A stretch of DNA of 64,000 bases from Takakia lepidozioides (Eukaryota > Plantae > Bryophyta): contig CM060731.1 in NCBI GenBank assembly GCA_030704615.1, positions 52,638,001 to 52,702,000 of the forward strand, in the 5' to 3' direction. A program made the position numbers and the translations under genes. Shown one piece after another: positions 25,126-38,475 of this stretch. How positions within the stretch are numbered: the stretch's first letter is position 1; the number at the start of each line of letters is the position of its first letter. A model generated the notes under the pieces. It did no database searches, was not told the DNA's origin, and was given only the letters and a program-made list of their open reading frames with translations.

Positions 25126-28100
25126 ATGCCTTCATCCGGATACTGCCACACAATAGGTGTGGTATTCAATGGTGACAACTGAGGTGGTCCTGGTGCAATA
25201 CCCGCACTCTCCTCCTCTCCTGACGGTACAAAAGCCTCTACCCAGGCTTGTTGCACCCGTCGATCAGCAACCTGCTGCAAATCCTTGCTCGTACCCCACA
25301 ATGGAGTGTGAGCAACCATGGCAGGCAACTCCGTCATACCATGCATGTCATCCTGCTCTGCTGGAGGTGGCACATCCTCTGCATGGGCATTGCCTTCCAG
25401 CAACTCTCCAGGCCAACTAACTGCAGCTATAAAGGCGGCTAATGTTGGCATCTTGCCCCGTTGGGCAGCCGCAATACCCCCAATGAATGTCACAGGGAGC
25501 TGTGCACGACGACCATCCCTGACTGCCATCCAGGCCTGTATGTTGCTGACTCCTCCCAAAAGTCCAGGGTGAAGCCCATGGGATATAACACTGCCCCACC
25601 AATGAGGACATCGTAAGAGACTGCGTCTGTCACAATGGCCTTGACCCGCATCACTGAGCCATCTACAGGATGATCCGGCTGCAGTCTAATGGCCAACTGA
25701 TGCCGTGTCATGCCCCGAGCCTGCTCTGATCATCCCAGAGATGTCTGTATCTGGAAAGGACAAGGCTCCATATCCGCCTCCATGAGGCCCAAACCTGCAA
25801 TAGCAGCTCTGCCCAACATCAGTGGCTGGCTCCCGAGTCCAACAAGACCCGCAGTGGCCGGTACTTCTTGCCTGCCGGTCCACTCAAAGAGAAAATGTCA
25901 TCCTGGTTGTCTAACAAGACAACTCTAGGTGTTACCATGGCGCGCTCAAAGGCTGGCCTAGCTGGCAGCTCCGTCAACCTGGCAGCTGCAGCTTGCCATG
26001 GCGCAGCCGTGGCAGTCTTGACCCTCAAATCCGAGGATCCCTCTGCCACTACACCTTCCAGAAACTCCGCAGAAGATGAAGTGACCTCCCCACTCTCACA
26101 GAGTGTTGCTGCTAGTCTGAAGACTGCAGCTGGTCTTACCCCCGGCGTCGCAATCATGGTTGCCAAAAACAGTGGGGCTTGACACACAGAGGTGGCTGCC
26201 CCCAACAACACACCGGCTGCACTAGCCTTGGCAGCAGGTGTCAGTGCTACACGTGTAGCTCTCCCCAATGGCATAGTAACCTCCGCCTCGGTAACAGTCG
26301 GGCGAGAACTAGATGCCATGGATGGCGTTGACACTGTCTCCGCCAAGGTGAATGACTGAGGCAGCCTTGCCTGACGGCTTGCCTCCCCACGTTGTGGATC
26401 CAACTCCACCTCTGCACCTCGTGGCTCAGGAGCTCGTGCTGCTCCTCCAGTCACGGCTGCAGCAGACTCCACCTGCACTAGTGGTAGTGCTGCTCCGCAC
26501 ATGAATCCCATGCCTCCCATATCTCCTCCATCAGGAGCAGGAGGTGGACCATCCCGCCTGGGAGCCGGTACCGCCTGAGCTATAGCTATTTGCAGCGAGC
26601 CTCTGCTCTAGCTGCTGAAGCCGGTTGGCCATGCCTTGGTCAACACCCTGACCACCGCGTCCTTGGCTATGTTGAGCTTGCCCTTGGCCTGCACCTCGTG
26701 CCCGACCACCTCGTCCTCTGTGGGCTGGTCCACCTCGCCCCCGGCCACCATTGTTCCCTTGGAATTGGCCTGGGCGCAACTCAGGATGCAAGTCATAACA
26801 CTGGGCATCTCCATGCCCATACTTGCCACAATGCCCACACTGCAACTGTGCAGGCTGTGCTTGTGCCGGCCTTCTGCCACTCTCTGGGCAATCTCTCTTG
26901 ACATAAGGTCCTCCACATGTCCAACATATCACCCCTGGTTGCTGTTGGCCTGCAAAAGATGCCACAGGCCTCTGCACCTGAGGTCCCATGGAACTTGGGT
27001 TGGGAAACCTTGCCCCCCTGACCACGCTGCTGGGCAGTACCTTGTGCCTATGGGCTGGCAGCTGCGCCTCGTGCAGGCATGTCCTTGCCAAATCCAATGG
27101 TGACAACTTGCTCCTCCACCATGTTGAGCTCAATCCGCTCAGCCAGCAGAAACACATCTGCTAATGTGGGTTGGGCTGCTTGTAACAAGGTTGCATCTCG
27201 CACCCTTCTCTTGAGCTCCTTGTCCAGAATTCCATACCAAAACTGGATTGCCTGAGCTTCAGTAACCCCTTGGGTCACACTTATCAAGCGCCTCATACGA
27301 GTGTACGCCTCTCGCAGGCTCTCACTGGGTTTGCGCTTGAAGTCTTGCAAACTTCGCAGCTTCTCTGTCCGTACACCTTGGTAGTTCCTCCGCAACTCCT
27401 GGAAGAACTCCACCACCGGGTTGAATCTAGGCACATGTGTTGTAGTTGTGGCAGGAGGAGTAGTAGCACCTTTTGAACTGGTACCACCTGCAGAAGTACC
27501 GGCACTACTTGTTCCACTACTAGTGCTGGTAGTGGGAGATATTGGTACTGATGCAGCTACTGGTCGCGTCGTGCCTCGAGTAATGGAGACGTAGTCAGGT
27601 GACCAATACATCCTCCACTCCTCAATCTCTGCTTCATGTCCTCGCCTGAACTCGTGGTAATCGTCCATAGGCGGGCCTTCCAAATGCTGGAACAGTCCCT
27701 TCCACACCATGAATGGAGTGAACAGTTGTGGATTGCGCATCTGCTGCAAATCACACCAGCTGTCGAACTCCTGGATAAAGTCATCCAGCTCAATTGTGCC
27801 CACAGCTCAGAGTACCTACGAGGCCCCTTGGTAGCTCCATACATCTCCTCCATGTCGTCCCGCAACAATGGCGAATGAAACTGCACACCTGTTGATGAAG
27901 CCTCTGAGTCTGTGTCTGACTCTGAACTAGTTGAGGGTGGAGGTGAAGGTGGTCTGAAATGAACACCTCGTCTGGTGAACCCACTCTCACTGCTACTGCC
28001 TGTAGCCGTACTCCCCTCAGAACCCCTGGGTAACTCCGTGATGACACTCACAATGTGCACCTCCCCCACGTGACACTATAAGGCTCTATTACTAATTCTA

Positions 28101-29476
28101 ATAGTGACACGGGTAGGCACCTGTTGCAGTTTAAGGGTCATATCCCAGTGGCTCAGGGCACCTGCACCTGCATCCACCGCAAGAACTCCTATGGTTGGCT
28201 GGTCATCAACCCAGCCTCACCATAGAAGAAACACTGGTGGTCTTGCTGGTCATCACTCCAACCTCACCACCGACAGCATACTCTAGGATTGACCGGTGAT
28301 CAAATCCGGCCTAATCCCTATGAAAGCAAGCGCCCACACAAAACCATCATGGCGCACAGTCAAGCATGCAGGTGTTGGGGGGATCCAAACACAAGAAATC
28401 AAAACATCAACACCTCCACACCAAAATCCAGCAGCAATGCACTGATCCTGCAGAATATCCCAGCCCAAAACCCCGGACTGACTGGCCTCCACCAAGAGAG
28501 GCTTTGGCAACTACAAGTACAAGGTAATGAAAATAGTACAGAGATGGAGGGAAGAATAGAAGCCCGACCCAGCAAGATCTAATCCTGATCTATGCTATCA
28601 ACTGCCAGACTTCTCTCAAAGTGCCTCGCTCTGCATGATGGTAAGGTGTAGGAGGTATATCTATGTCCAGAAACCTGCCACTAACCTTGTCCCAAGCTAC
28701 AGTAGCTCGCTCTAACCAACCCTCCTCCTCTTTTGCCAAGTAGAGACAAAGCAACACTCTGCTATCTCCCGCTCACTGAACACTAAAGAAAACAAAGGTA
28801 GGGTCTGATAGTCTCTCAACTCGAAAGCTTTGAGACGGTTGCGGGTGTCCTCATTGCGAATGACTGCATCTCCTTCAAACAGAACAAACTTGTCCTCGCT
28901 AATGAACCCCCTCGTGGTTGCCTTGTGCAGAGCGTGTCCGGCTGCAACGCTGTCTGATTGCACAAACTTGTGTAGCTCCTGCTCCTCTGCTCCAGTACAT
29001 CACAGCCTTGTGGCTGAACACCTTGGTCCCCGGGGCTGTCTTTGGCTGTGTTCCAAGCCTAGCTTTCACCCACTTTGGTATTTCACTTACAGCTGCAGAA
29101 CTGCTTGCTCCAACAGAGTTCTGACTGTCCAAAGCGATATTGAGGCCCTCAACGCCAACTACAGCAGTCTGTTGTCTACTGCTAATGCCTGACTCCCAGT
29201 ATGCAATCAACTCGTCTAATTGTTCTCCACTCAAATCAGTCTGAGTTCTTTGGGAAACATAAATCCTGTCCCCTTGTGTGCACAGGCTAAGAGAAGAGAC
29301 CTGCCCTTCAATTACGTCCTCATTTCCCCCAGCCATACAAGGAGGACATCCACAGATTTGTCTCTCAAATAGACCAGAACAGGTTCTAGAAACAGAATTG
29401 TGGATCTTTCACGACACACTCACACTCTAAAAATTCCATAGATTTTTAGCAGAGTCCCAAAAACAAAAACCAGGTC

Positions 29477-29674
29477 TAGGTAGGTAGATTTCCCCTTTCT
29501 GCAGCTATCCTCCCAAAAACTGAGTCAAACAGAGTCCATTTGACAAAGATATGACCAATTTGGCTCTAAATCCTTTAAATTAGATCAAAAGACCAAACAA
29601 ATGCAAAGATTTATTTATTTATTTTTTAAAATATTTATCTTGGTTCCCTGTTCCCTGGTTATCTTCGGGTTCCC
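29477..29674. repeat. ~200-bp dispersed repeat, copy 1
   Basis: taggtaggtagat..cccctttctgcagctatc..ccaaaaactgagtcaaa..catttgacaaagatatgaccaa, an AT-rich middle, then cttggttcc..tgttccctggttatct..ggttccc. Direct repeat of 32401-32632. Confidence 0.85.
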
Positions 29675-29747
29675 AAACATGTTCATGTAGTTCTCACAGT
29701 CTGGATTCACCAACGCAATGGTGTATGCTGATGCGATACATCTGATG

Positions 29748-31230
29748 TCAGCCGCCTGTCCAAGTACCACAGATTGGAGGAGAGTAGCAAATCACATGCC
29801 CATCTTCTCCAAACATAGTACAATCCAGGGCTGAAGGATGCAAGTGCGACACTGCGCAGATCACATCATCTCCAAAGGGGCAACTAGCTTGTGAAAGAGA
29901 TGCCTGCAAACAGGAGTTCCTGGTGGCAGCCATAACAGAAGGCCCGCTCCCTTCTTCCCATTTGCCTCGGCTAAATCACCAATCTCTTCAAACAGGGGCA
30001 CCTATTATCCTCTCCCGTGTATCTACACATTCCGGAGAAGCGGGATCAGTGTTGCCACATCCCTCGACAATATACTCGATAGATTTGGTGAACCCGATGA
30101 CCACCTTTGACAGGGCTCAACGCACTCATCCCAGGTAATATATTCCCATGTGTACTGTAGGTAGATGGTCATCTCAAGCTCATCGCCTTCAAAGCCCTCC
30201 TTCACAACACAGCGCTTCCCATCTGTGCAGCACTAAAGGCCTCCCAGGTAACTTTCTACTAAAGGATCTCCTTTGCGGTCCACAGTCACATTGTGAAGAT
30301 CACACGCCAAATCCAGTAGCTGACTGCAAATTGTTGTAGCCTCTAATTCGGGTAAAATAATAAACACAACTGGATCGCTCAGGCACTGTCGACCTTATGG
30401 CAGTACACCGGCCCCTAGCTTCTTCTCTATTTTCTACCCTCTTTGTAAGGGTTAACACGGCACATGATAAGCTAGGGGCTGGAGAAGCAGTACTGGAATC
30501 CATCTCATGCTTTTAAAATGACGCCAACGTCAGCCCATAATTTATCACTCAGCTCCCTGCAACGGATTGTTGTCCGCTATAGCTCTGTGCCAGGTCAATA
30601 GGGATTATGGGCTAAGGTAAACCTTGTGGGCTGCAGCCATTTGTGAGGCATTTAGTGACTGGTGGGGACGAGGCCCTTACACATTGTCTTCCTGTAGAGA
30701 ACTTCCTCAAAACAGGTGTAAAAGATTTCAGAGAAGAGTAGAAAAGAAGCAACCGGCACTCACTGCACCCTAGTTTGTTGACGGCCCCCCGTGTGTCACG
30801 GCCGTGGACATTAAGAATCCATATCGGCTCGTAGCCCTCAGCAAGCAGGGAAGGAGCTGCAGTCTCTTCAGCAAAGGGCGCGGGGATAGTTGACTTGGTG
30901 CGCCTGGTCTCCGCACCAACACCAAAGTACTGCATCAACGTCTGTCCAGCTGAGAGCTTCACGCCGGAGCCAGCAGCCTTCAAATGAGGCAGCGTGTAAG
31001 GTAGATTGAGACGAAGAGTGCTTCTTCTCCACAGATTTCAGTAGCATCTCCTTATGGGTGTCTACATCATTGCTCGGTACAGAGAACTCGTACGTGATCC
31101 AGTGGTGCAGGTACACGTTGTTCAGAGGCACAGACATACCCTTCTCGTCCACAAACTCCGCATAGCAGTCCCTAATTCCTAGATGGCCCTTCGGAGCATC
31201 CACCACGAAGTGTTTGTTCTTTACGTCTCC
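29748..31230 (-). pseudogene. Stress up-regulated Nod19 (SURNod19)-like pseudogene
   Basis: Collinear blocks PKGHLGIRDCYAEFVDEKGMSVPLNNVYLHHW; QYFGVGAETR; WILNVHGRDTRGAVNKLGCSEC; CCTDGKRCVVKEGFEG..YLQYTWEYITWD; SHLHPSALDCTMFGEDGHVICYSPP. Frameshifted. Family recognised from memory. Confidence 0.8.
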
Positions 31231-32109
31231 AAGACTAGAACAATGCGGCGTCGCTGCTGGGTGGCTGGTTGCAGCCGCATCACTAATCGAACAACTCTAG
31301 AATGCTACCACAGCCTGCCCTGAAATCACCGTTCCAGTGGTCACCCCATTGGCCGCTTCCTCATTATATCCTCTTTCTTTATTGCTGCCACTTAATCCCC
31401 ATTCTCAGATATATACACAGGTTGACAAAAATCGTAACAACATCTCAAGCTTTTTGTTCTGCTCCACTCGGCACACCTAACCAGTCTAACTGCAGGCTCC
31501 CCGTGACCAAGCTACATTATAATAGTGCTTAAAAACAAAAACATCGTATCTAGCTTAGCACTAGAAAACTAGATAGAGTTCATCTCTCTCGAGTGATAAG
31601 AAAAGCTAAGAACACACTGTTGACACAAAACATGAAAACCAAAACCATCACTCTTTGAAATAGTAGTCGAGCCAGGGGCACCCCAAGCTATGGGGACTCC
31701 ACCCCACAACAACCTACACTCCCATCATAAGCACTCTCAATCCTAAACGATGCAGGAGCTCAGTCGCGCAGGCTCAACTCGAGAGAGATGAACCGCGCGA
31801 CTGCCGCTCTCGTGAAGATAAGACGGACCAGGTGTCAAACTAAACTTGACACCTGATTTAACACTTGACCTAAATCCAAGTGTTAAATACAAATAACTAG
31901 TTTTATGCTAGCTGTTTTCACACTGTGCTTATTTAACTTGACATGTCATCAAAACTTGGACATGCATCAACACTCTGCCTCTTACGAAGGGCGAGTTCCC
32001 GGGGCAGAAAGTGAGTTGGTTCCTTTGAATTAAAGTTTCGTGGTTCTTCAGTAAATGTCAAAAGTAGGTTTTGTCTTTTGCCTCATGTTCTCTTCGTGAT
32101 TATTGACAG

Positions 32110-32395
32110 ACTCGGGTGTTCGAAGCTTTGTACCTGGTGAGGGTGCGTAATGACACTCTTCCTCCTGGTATTGCTGAGTTCCAGTTGAGGGACCTTGCAG
32201 CTCACATTGACCCCACCTGCGAGCCTGTGGAGGATGATGTAATCTTCAATTACGTGGACTCGGGTCGAACTATGAAAAGGTCGACTGGTGTCCCTTGGAG
32301 AAGTGCACGGGAGAAATCCCCAGCTTTCATGCAGACTTTGGTGGAGACATGCAGCCGTCACGGTGGACGAGTGGTTGACTTGTCTACGGGAACAG
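32110..32395 (+). pseudogene. Isolated exon-like fragment resembling the C-terminal part of an N4-C/N6-A DNA methyltransferase
   Basis: Acceptor ttattgacag at 32109. Peptide ..REKSPAFMQTLVETCSRHGGRVVDLSTGTG resembles the beta-class KP..L...I...S..GD.VLDPFxGSG motif X-I segment. Confidence 0.5.
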
Positions 32396-32400
32396 GTGGG

Positions 32401-32632
32401 TAGGTAGGTAGATATCCCCTTTCTGCAGCTATCCCCCCAAAAACTGAGTCAAATGGAGCTCATTTGACAAAGATATGACCAACCAGGCTCTTTAAACCTA
32501 ACACATTTTTCTTTTCTTTCCTTTTTTTTAAAAATAAAATAAAATAAGACAACAAATACAAAGAAAACTCTTTTAAAATAAAAATAAAAATATTTGTCTT
32601 GGTTCCTGTTCCCTGGTTATCTACAGGTTCCC
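32401..32632. repeat. ~230-bp dispersed repeat, copy 2
   Basis: Direct repeat of 29477-29674. Confidence 0.85.
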
Positions 32633-32866
32633 GAGGCCGTTCCCCTCACACTGTGAGCACACTACTGCCCCATTTCCGGTGCAGTTCGAGCATAGAATGC
32701 TGTCGACTTTGCTGGACTGTGGTGTCTGGACGCACACACGCCCCCGACCTGTTCTACACTGCGGAGGACCACCATCACCGCATTTCCGAGCGCACTCCAC
32801 AGCAACAATCTTCCGTAAGAGAGAGAGAGCTATGGCGGGACTTACAACAACAGCACAGGGCATCAC
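32621..32866 (-). pseudogene. Fragment of a DnaJ-type zinc-finger protein (BSD2-like)
   Basis: SILCSNCTGNGAVVCSQCEGNG (two CxxCxGxG motifs) after a transit-peptide-like leader. Truncated by the repeat at 32632. Confidence 0.65.
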
Positions 32867-33187
32867 AGCGTCCTTGGCATCAGCGGCATGGTGTGGGTGT
32901 CCTCAGGTGCAGCTCACAGTAAGGGCGATCTCGCATGGAGCAACCTCCTCTGCAAATGTTGCTCGGCTGCCCTAATGGATCATGCATCAATCCTCTCAGT
33001 CCTCATCAATCCTCTAGTTTGTGCAAGTTTTGATACGGTTTGCTTCAATAATGGCTGCCTGTGCTGCATCTTCCTTGGTGGCCACTGGCATTCCCACTCT
33101 GTCCGGAAACAAGAAGGTTGCAAGAGTGGCCTCCGTTCAGGCTTGCTTCTCCGGCCTGAGCAACTCTTCTTCTCCGGACTGCTTATG

Positions 33188-36100
33188 AAGAGTACAACAT
33201 ATTACCCACAGGGTAATGGGCAGGTAGAGGCTACCAACAAAATACTATGTACTATCTTGGCTAAGATAGTCAATGCAAACAGAACGGATTGGGATACAAA
33301 GCTGCTGACAGCTTTGTGGTCATACAGGACTTCATATAAAGTCACCAGTAAGTATACACCATTCCAATTAGTTTATGGTATGGAAGCTTTACTTCCAGTG
33401 GAATTCCTGTTACCTACCATGAGAACGGAATGGGGAAAGAGAATGGAATTGCAAGATTCAATTAAGGTCAGGAAACATGAATTATACCATGTGGAAGAAG
33501 TACATGCTGATGCAGCTGATAATATGACCAAAATTCAGATGAAGAGGAAGGAACAGTTTGATGAAGGCAAGTTAAAGACTTTTAAGACGGGAGATTTGGT
33601 TCTCTGGTTGCAGAAGAAGGGAAAGATTAAAGCTTCTAAGCTTATATCACCATGGAAAGGACCTTATGTCATACAGAAGATGTATGATAACAACACCGTC
33701 ATGTTACAAACCATTAACAAAGAGATGCTGGGAAGAGTCAATGCCAATAAGTTGAAGGGGTACAGTGGTATCCATGACAAACCATTGCAGCATGATTTGC
33801 ATGTTGAAACGCAAAAGCAGTCACGGGCTGCGCCAGTGATACCAACGGAGTATAGAGCACTTGTCGCTAGGCCGAGCATATATGACCAGTGCGGGCAGAA
33901 CAAGCGCGACACAGCCTATCACAGCCCAGCACGGCGCGACACAGCCTATCACAGCCCAACACAGCGCGACACAGCCTATCACAGCCCAGCACAGCGCGAC
34001 ACAGCATATCACAGCCCACGGCGCAACACAGCCTATCACAGCCCAGCACGGCGCAACACAGCCTATCACAACCTACTACAGCGTGTCACAGCCTATCACA
34101 GCTTACCACAGTGCAACACAGCCTATCACAGCGTACCACAGTATGACACAGCCTGTCACAGCTCAACACAGCCTACTAGGGTTACACAATCCATAGAATC
34201 AGTGACAGGTGGACGCAAGATAACTTCAGGGAGATGGCCGACGGAAGAAAGGACGGAAGCCAGTTTAGAAATGGACACGTGGAAGTCAAGGCGCGACACA
34301 CAGCTGAGAAGGAAGTGCAAGAACAGGTGTCATCAAGAAAGATGACAAGAGTGGCCGTCAAAGTACCTACTTAGCACGTCAATTCGGATGAATGGCGGGC
34401 CCATTAATGAATACGAAAAAAAGGCAACGGAACAAACGGCATGTACAGAAAAGCGAAATTCTTGTCACATGTGTTATCCTAGTGGACAGTCCAGCAGGGA
34501 AAGTCCACTAAAGAAAATTAAATCTAAAATCCAGTCACAGCGGTTACAGCCAATCATAAGCCAGAAGCAGGATCAAGAAATTGGAGGGATTTTAAGCGCA
34601 AGAGTCGGCGTCGTTCCAAGTAACGGGCGTCTCGACGGGACAAACCATCAATGCTATAGCTTTGAAGCTATGGAGGAACTAACAGACTATACACTCGCAA
34701 TATTACTTACGCAGTGGCATAGGGACGGAAGAACAGAGCGGATCTTTTCTCTTAATCGATGCTTGAAAGCCCCGCAGGCTTACAAGAAATTACCCATAGC
34801 ATTTTGTGGCAACCATACGTTTATGTTTTGTGCCCTGCAGACATTTCTTCAATTGTTACAGCCAAAACCTTTCTGTGGGTCTAGAATGAAGAGAGTGAGA
34901 GGAATGGAAGAAATCAGGGTGAAGAGCACCACAATACTGCAGAAACAAACGATTGCTACTCCACAGGCGGTACAGTTACTGAAGGAGCTGCGATTAGAAG
35001 GATTGCAAAGCAATGATTGGACATTGCACCATAGGCAGTACATGTTACAATTCTTGCAGAACTTTGAGCCTAGGACAGGAGCAACAACGGTGAAGGGAGT
35101 TGAATTAGAAATTACTCCCCTATACCTACAGCAATTGTTTGAATTGCCATCAGGTCAGGTGCATGTGGAGGAGCACAGGGCAAGACTGCAAATAGGGGAC
35201 TTATTCCAAGAAGGGAGTTTCTTTAAAACTCAGGATTATGTTTGTACCAAGGCCGTCTACCCAGGGCTAAGGGAGGTAGGCCAGGTATTGAACGTTCGGT
35301 TTGCCATGAAACAGAACCAACAGTATTTGAGCAGATCCTTCACAGAGGAAATACTCAAAGCCCTGAGAGGAGAAGAGGTAGCATGGGCGGACATAATGTA
35401 CAACGCACTGGTAGAGGAGATGAAAAGATTATAGGGCACTGCCGCAAAGTCTCCTATCATAGTGTCTGACCCAATCATTGCTCAAATAATTCTTGATTCT
35501 TGCATACTTGATGCTCGGGAAAGAAAGGAGATGGGAGTGTTTGAGACCGAAACCACTGCAATAGAAGAGCAAGGCTCTTCACACAGTGAGGGTGGACTGG
35601 TAGGGCAACCCCAGTCTAAGAGACAGAGGCGGGGAAAGACTGTAGTGGCAGATCCACTGGCTTCACGGAAACCGCATGATAATGTTTCCCAAGCTCTTGT
35701 GCAGGAAGGGGCACAGCAGTACAGAGAGCTGCTATTATTGGAAGCAGGGCCTTCAAAGAGGGAAGATGAAGTTACTTCAGTATCACAGCCATCACAGCCA
35801 GATGATCGGCTTGTCACAGAGTTACCACAAGTTGTCCATGCAGTTCTACCAGAAATAATTGATTTGGAGAAAGAAGGGTTAGATATCCCCACTACAGAAC
35901 AGGTGGTGGCAGAAATTGAGAAGGGGGACCTTCTCTATGAAAATTCTGGTCTGGTCAGGGAAACAGTGATTCCGGAGGTGCAACGGTTGTCCAGGGGAAA
36001 CCCTGCGATGCATATAATACACACAACTGTGACGGAGGTACCACAGGTAGAATGTCAAGACACTACAGCACCTGTGACGGATGAAGTGGTTCAGGAAGAA

Positions 36101-38437
36101 AATCTGGTGGGGCAATGGCCTGAATGGTTCGTGAGGCATCACACTGTTGAGGATCAGGGAGAACAGCAGCAAGCTCACCATGATGACCCTCAACATGCCA
36201 TGCTTATGAGTTCTATAAGCAGGACACTTAATTTGTTGGGCACTTATGTCAAATCCCATGTTCCAACTACCCAATTGGCAGCTTTGAGGGAGGAACTCAG
36301 GAAGGAGTTTAAGGCTCGACTTGCCACAGAGTGTGCAAACAAGATCGATGAGGAGGTCACTTTCAAGATACAACAAGACTTAGAGAGTACAAAAGCGGCT
36401 TTGCAATTGGCCAAGGAACAATTGATTGAGGCAGGCCTCGCGCAAGACCAGTTGCACGAAGCACATAAGCAACAGCTATACCAAATGCAGGTGAAGCATG
36501 AAAGCAAGTTGCAAGAAGTGAATGCACTACATACGGAGTTGCAGACAGTGCATGACAGGATGGCCATACAATGTGCTATACTCACAACTACGCTTGACCA
36601 AGCTACGATAGAAATTAACAGTCAAGCGGAAAGATGTACGAAGGCAGAGGCAGAGAATGTCGAGCAAGTGAAACTCATTGTCGATATGAAGAATACAGTC
36701 TGTCGCAATGAGAATACTTTCAAGCAATACAGGCAGGTTGAAGCTGACCAAGAGAGGTACATCCTGGAGTTGCAACAAAAGCTCATGGTAAATAGAAATG
36801 AACTCTCTGTGGCTAACAAGGCTTGGAAAGAAGCCAATAATCTGGGTGCTGCCTATGCAAGTTTGGTTGAACCTCATGCGAAGTGCATGGAGGCTTTACA
36901 GCAGCAGATAGATGTGTACAGGTTCACAGAGGAGCAGACTCTCAGGGGTGCCACAAGCAACTTGGTGGATAACCACCTTATGCAGGTCTGGTTAGCACAA
37001 GGGCCGGTGGAGGGCAAAGCACCACGAAAGCTCACCCAAGCGAGATGAATGAGCTCAGACTGCAAGTGCAGAACATTGCCACAACTACTATAGACAATGT
37101 CTATAGTAGGATAGCGGAGTTACAGGAGGATGTAGACGGCCTGCAGACTCAGGTGGAGGACCTCACTTCAAATATTGACAAGAGAGTCTTTGTACCTGAG
37201 GAACAGATGATGGCTTCTTATTTACAAGCCAGAACTTTGGCTTTTCAGTCTTCTTCGCAGGGAGTGCAGGAGATGCCAATGGTACAAGAGCCAGTGCCAC
37301 CAACACCACAACAAGTCACTGTGCTAGTAGCTGACCCTATTGTTACTACAGCCACGGCCACCACAGCCTGAGGTATGGGGGAATGCTGCTTTTAACCCAC
37401 CTAAAACTCCTTCTGCACGGGAGTACAGTCGGGCTATGATTATGCCCTTCAACCAAATTCCCATTGTGTTGGATTTGGGTTGGAAGGAATTTAGTCCTCC
37501 GTAGTCGTTGGCACATTACTATCAAATCATTCGCATTTGGCTGCCTGTGGCAACTAGGACTAAAGTTCTTCCGAACAATCGACCAATTGAGGATCATCAC
37601 TTTGCGCAGTACTGGCATGAGGCAAGTACCATGTTGAAGGAATTAATTGCCTTCCAAGTTGTACATGGATTCATTTATACCAAGACCAAAGAGGTAGCAA
37701 GTATTGTCATGGGCTGCGGGTTATACTACGCTGCTTGTTTTCTGGTACGTTATCACATTGAGCAGCAGAAGATGCAAACGCGCTTTCTAAGTTATTCCAG
37801 TGGGGATCATTGGGTCTTACCTTCAGTGCCACCTCATATGTACCTATATGAGGCAAAAGTTATGATGCAAAAGAATTCTTAGATTCGTTCATGGTTTCAT
37901 GCGGCGTGGAACAATTTGTCAACACAGAAATTCGGCCCTGACGATATTTTCTTTAAGAGACATGAGGCATGGAAATACTTGCACAATTCACAAGTCATTG
38001 GTACCCCACTCACCTGGACAGACAAGGAGCTCAGGGTCTTCACCAATTTTGCAATTCAGCGCTTACAACAAGTTTTACAGTTTAAACTTCCAGACATGGT
38101 GGGACCACATTGTATGCCCCAGAGGATTCCACAAAAAGTTCGGCCGTTAAAACACATGAGAGGCGATGAGGATTCTGATACTACTGATTTTTCAGCGAAC
38201 TCTTTTGACATGGCAGAGGACTATGCAATTCAAATGGCAGAGAAGAAGCGACGGGGGTCTCCTATGCCTGAAAGATTACCTCGATATCAGCCAAAGGAGG
38301 GACTGACATTTCCAGGTAGTGTTCAATCATCTCCGTCAACCAGTGAAAGACCTCGGGCTCGCACACAGAGTCCTTCACGAGACTCTAACCGTCAGAAGGG
38401 TGCTCGCTCACAAAGGGTTACAAATCCCAAACAGTAA
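33188..38437 (+). pseudogene. A1 integrase C-terminal part plus the large extra ORF (interrupted by stops)
   Basis: Resumes at KSTTYYPQGNGQVEATNK; GPY motif WKGPY; collinear with A2 53990-59310. Confidence 0.92.
33905..34170 (+). repeat. 30-nt coding tandem repeat (RDTAYHSPAR-like), ~9 units, in A1
   Basis: gacacagcctatcacagcccagcacggcgc units. Confidence 0.9.
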
Positions 38438-38475
38438 ACCGTGAGGACACGGCTTTTTGAGAGGGGAAGGGGTAA

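Larger units (their letters stand above)
20402..28100 (-). mobile_element. Ty3/Gypsy family B, copy B1: gag-PR-DNMT-(UAG)-RT-RH-INT-PHD, decayed, 5' LTR not found
   Basis: gag ~28069-26531 (knuckles CWTCGGPYVKRDC, CGHCGKYGHGDAQC); protease VLLDSGA at ~25840; C5-MTase ~25125-24150; RT (LDLRSGYHQ, YIDD); RH (TDWS, YEGECLA, TDHQPL); integrase; PHD. The left end is defined by the LTR, the right end is approximate. Confidence 0.93.

Noticed and set aside
32888-33187. N-terminus of the 485-aa ORF as part of integrase
   Set aside because: A1 homology begins only at 33188; the upstream part is a chance open frame across a deletion junction.
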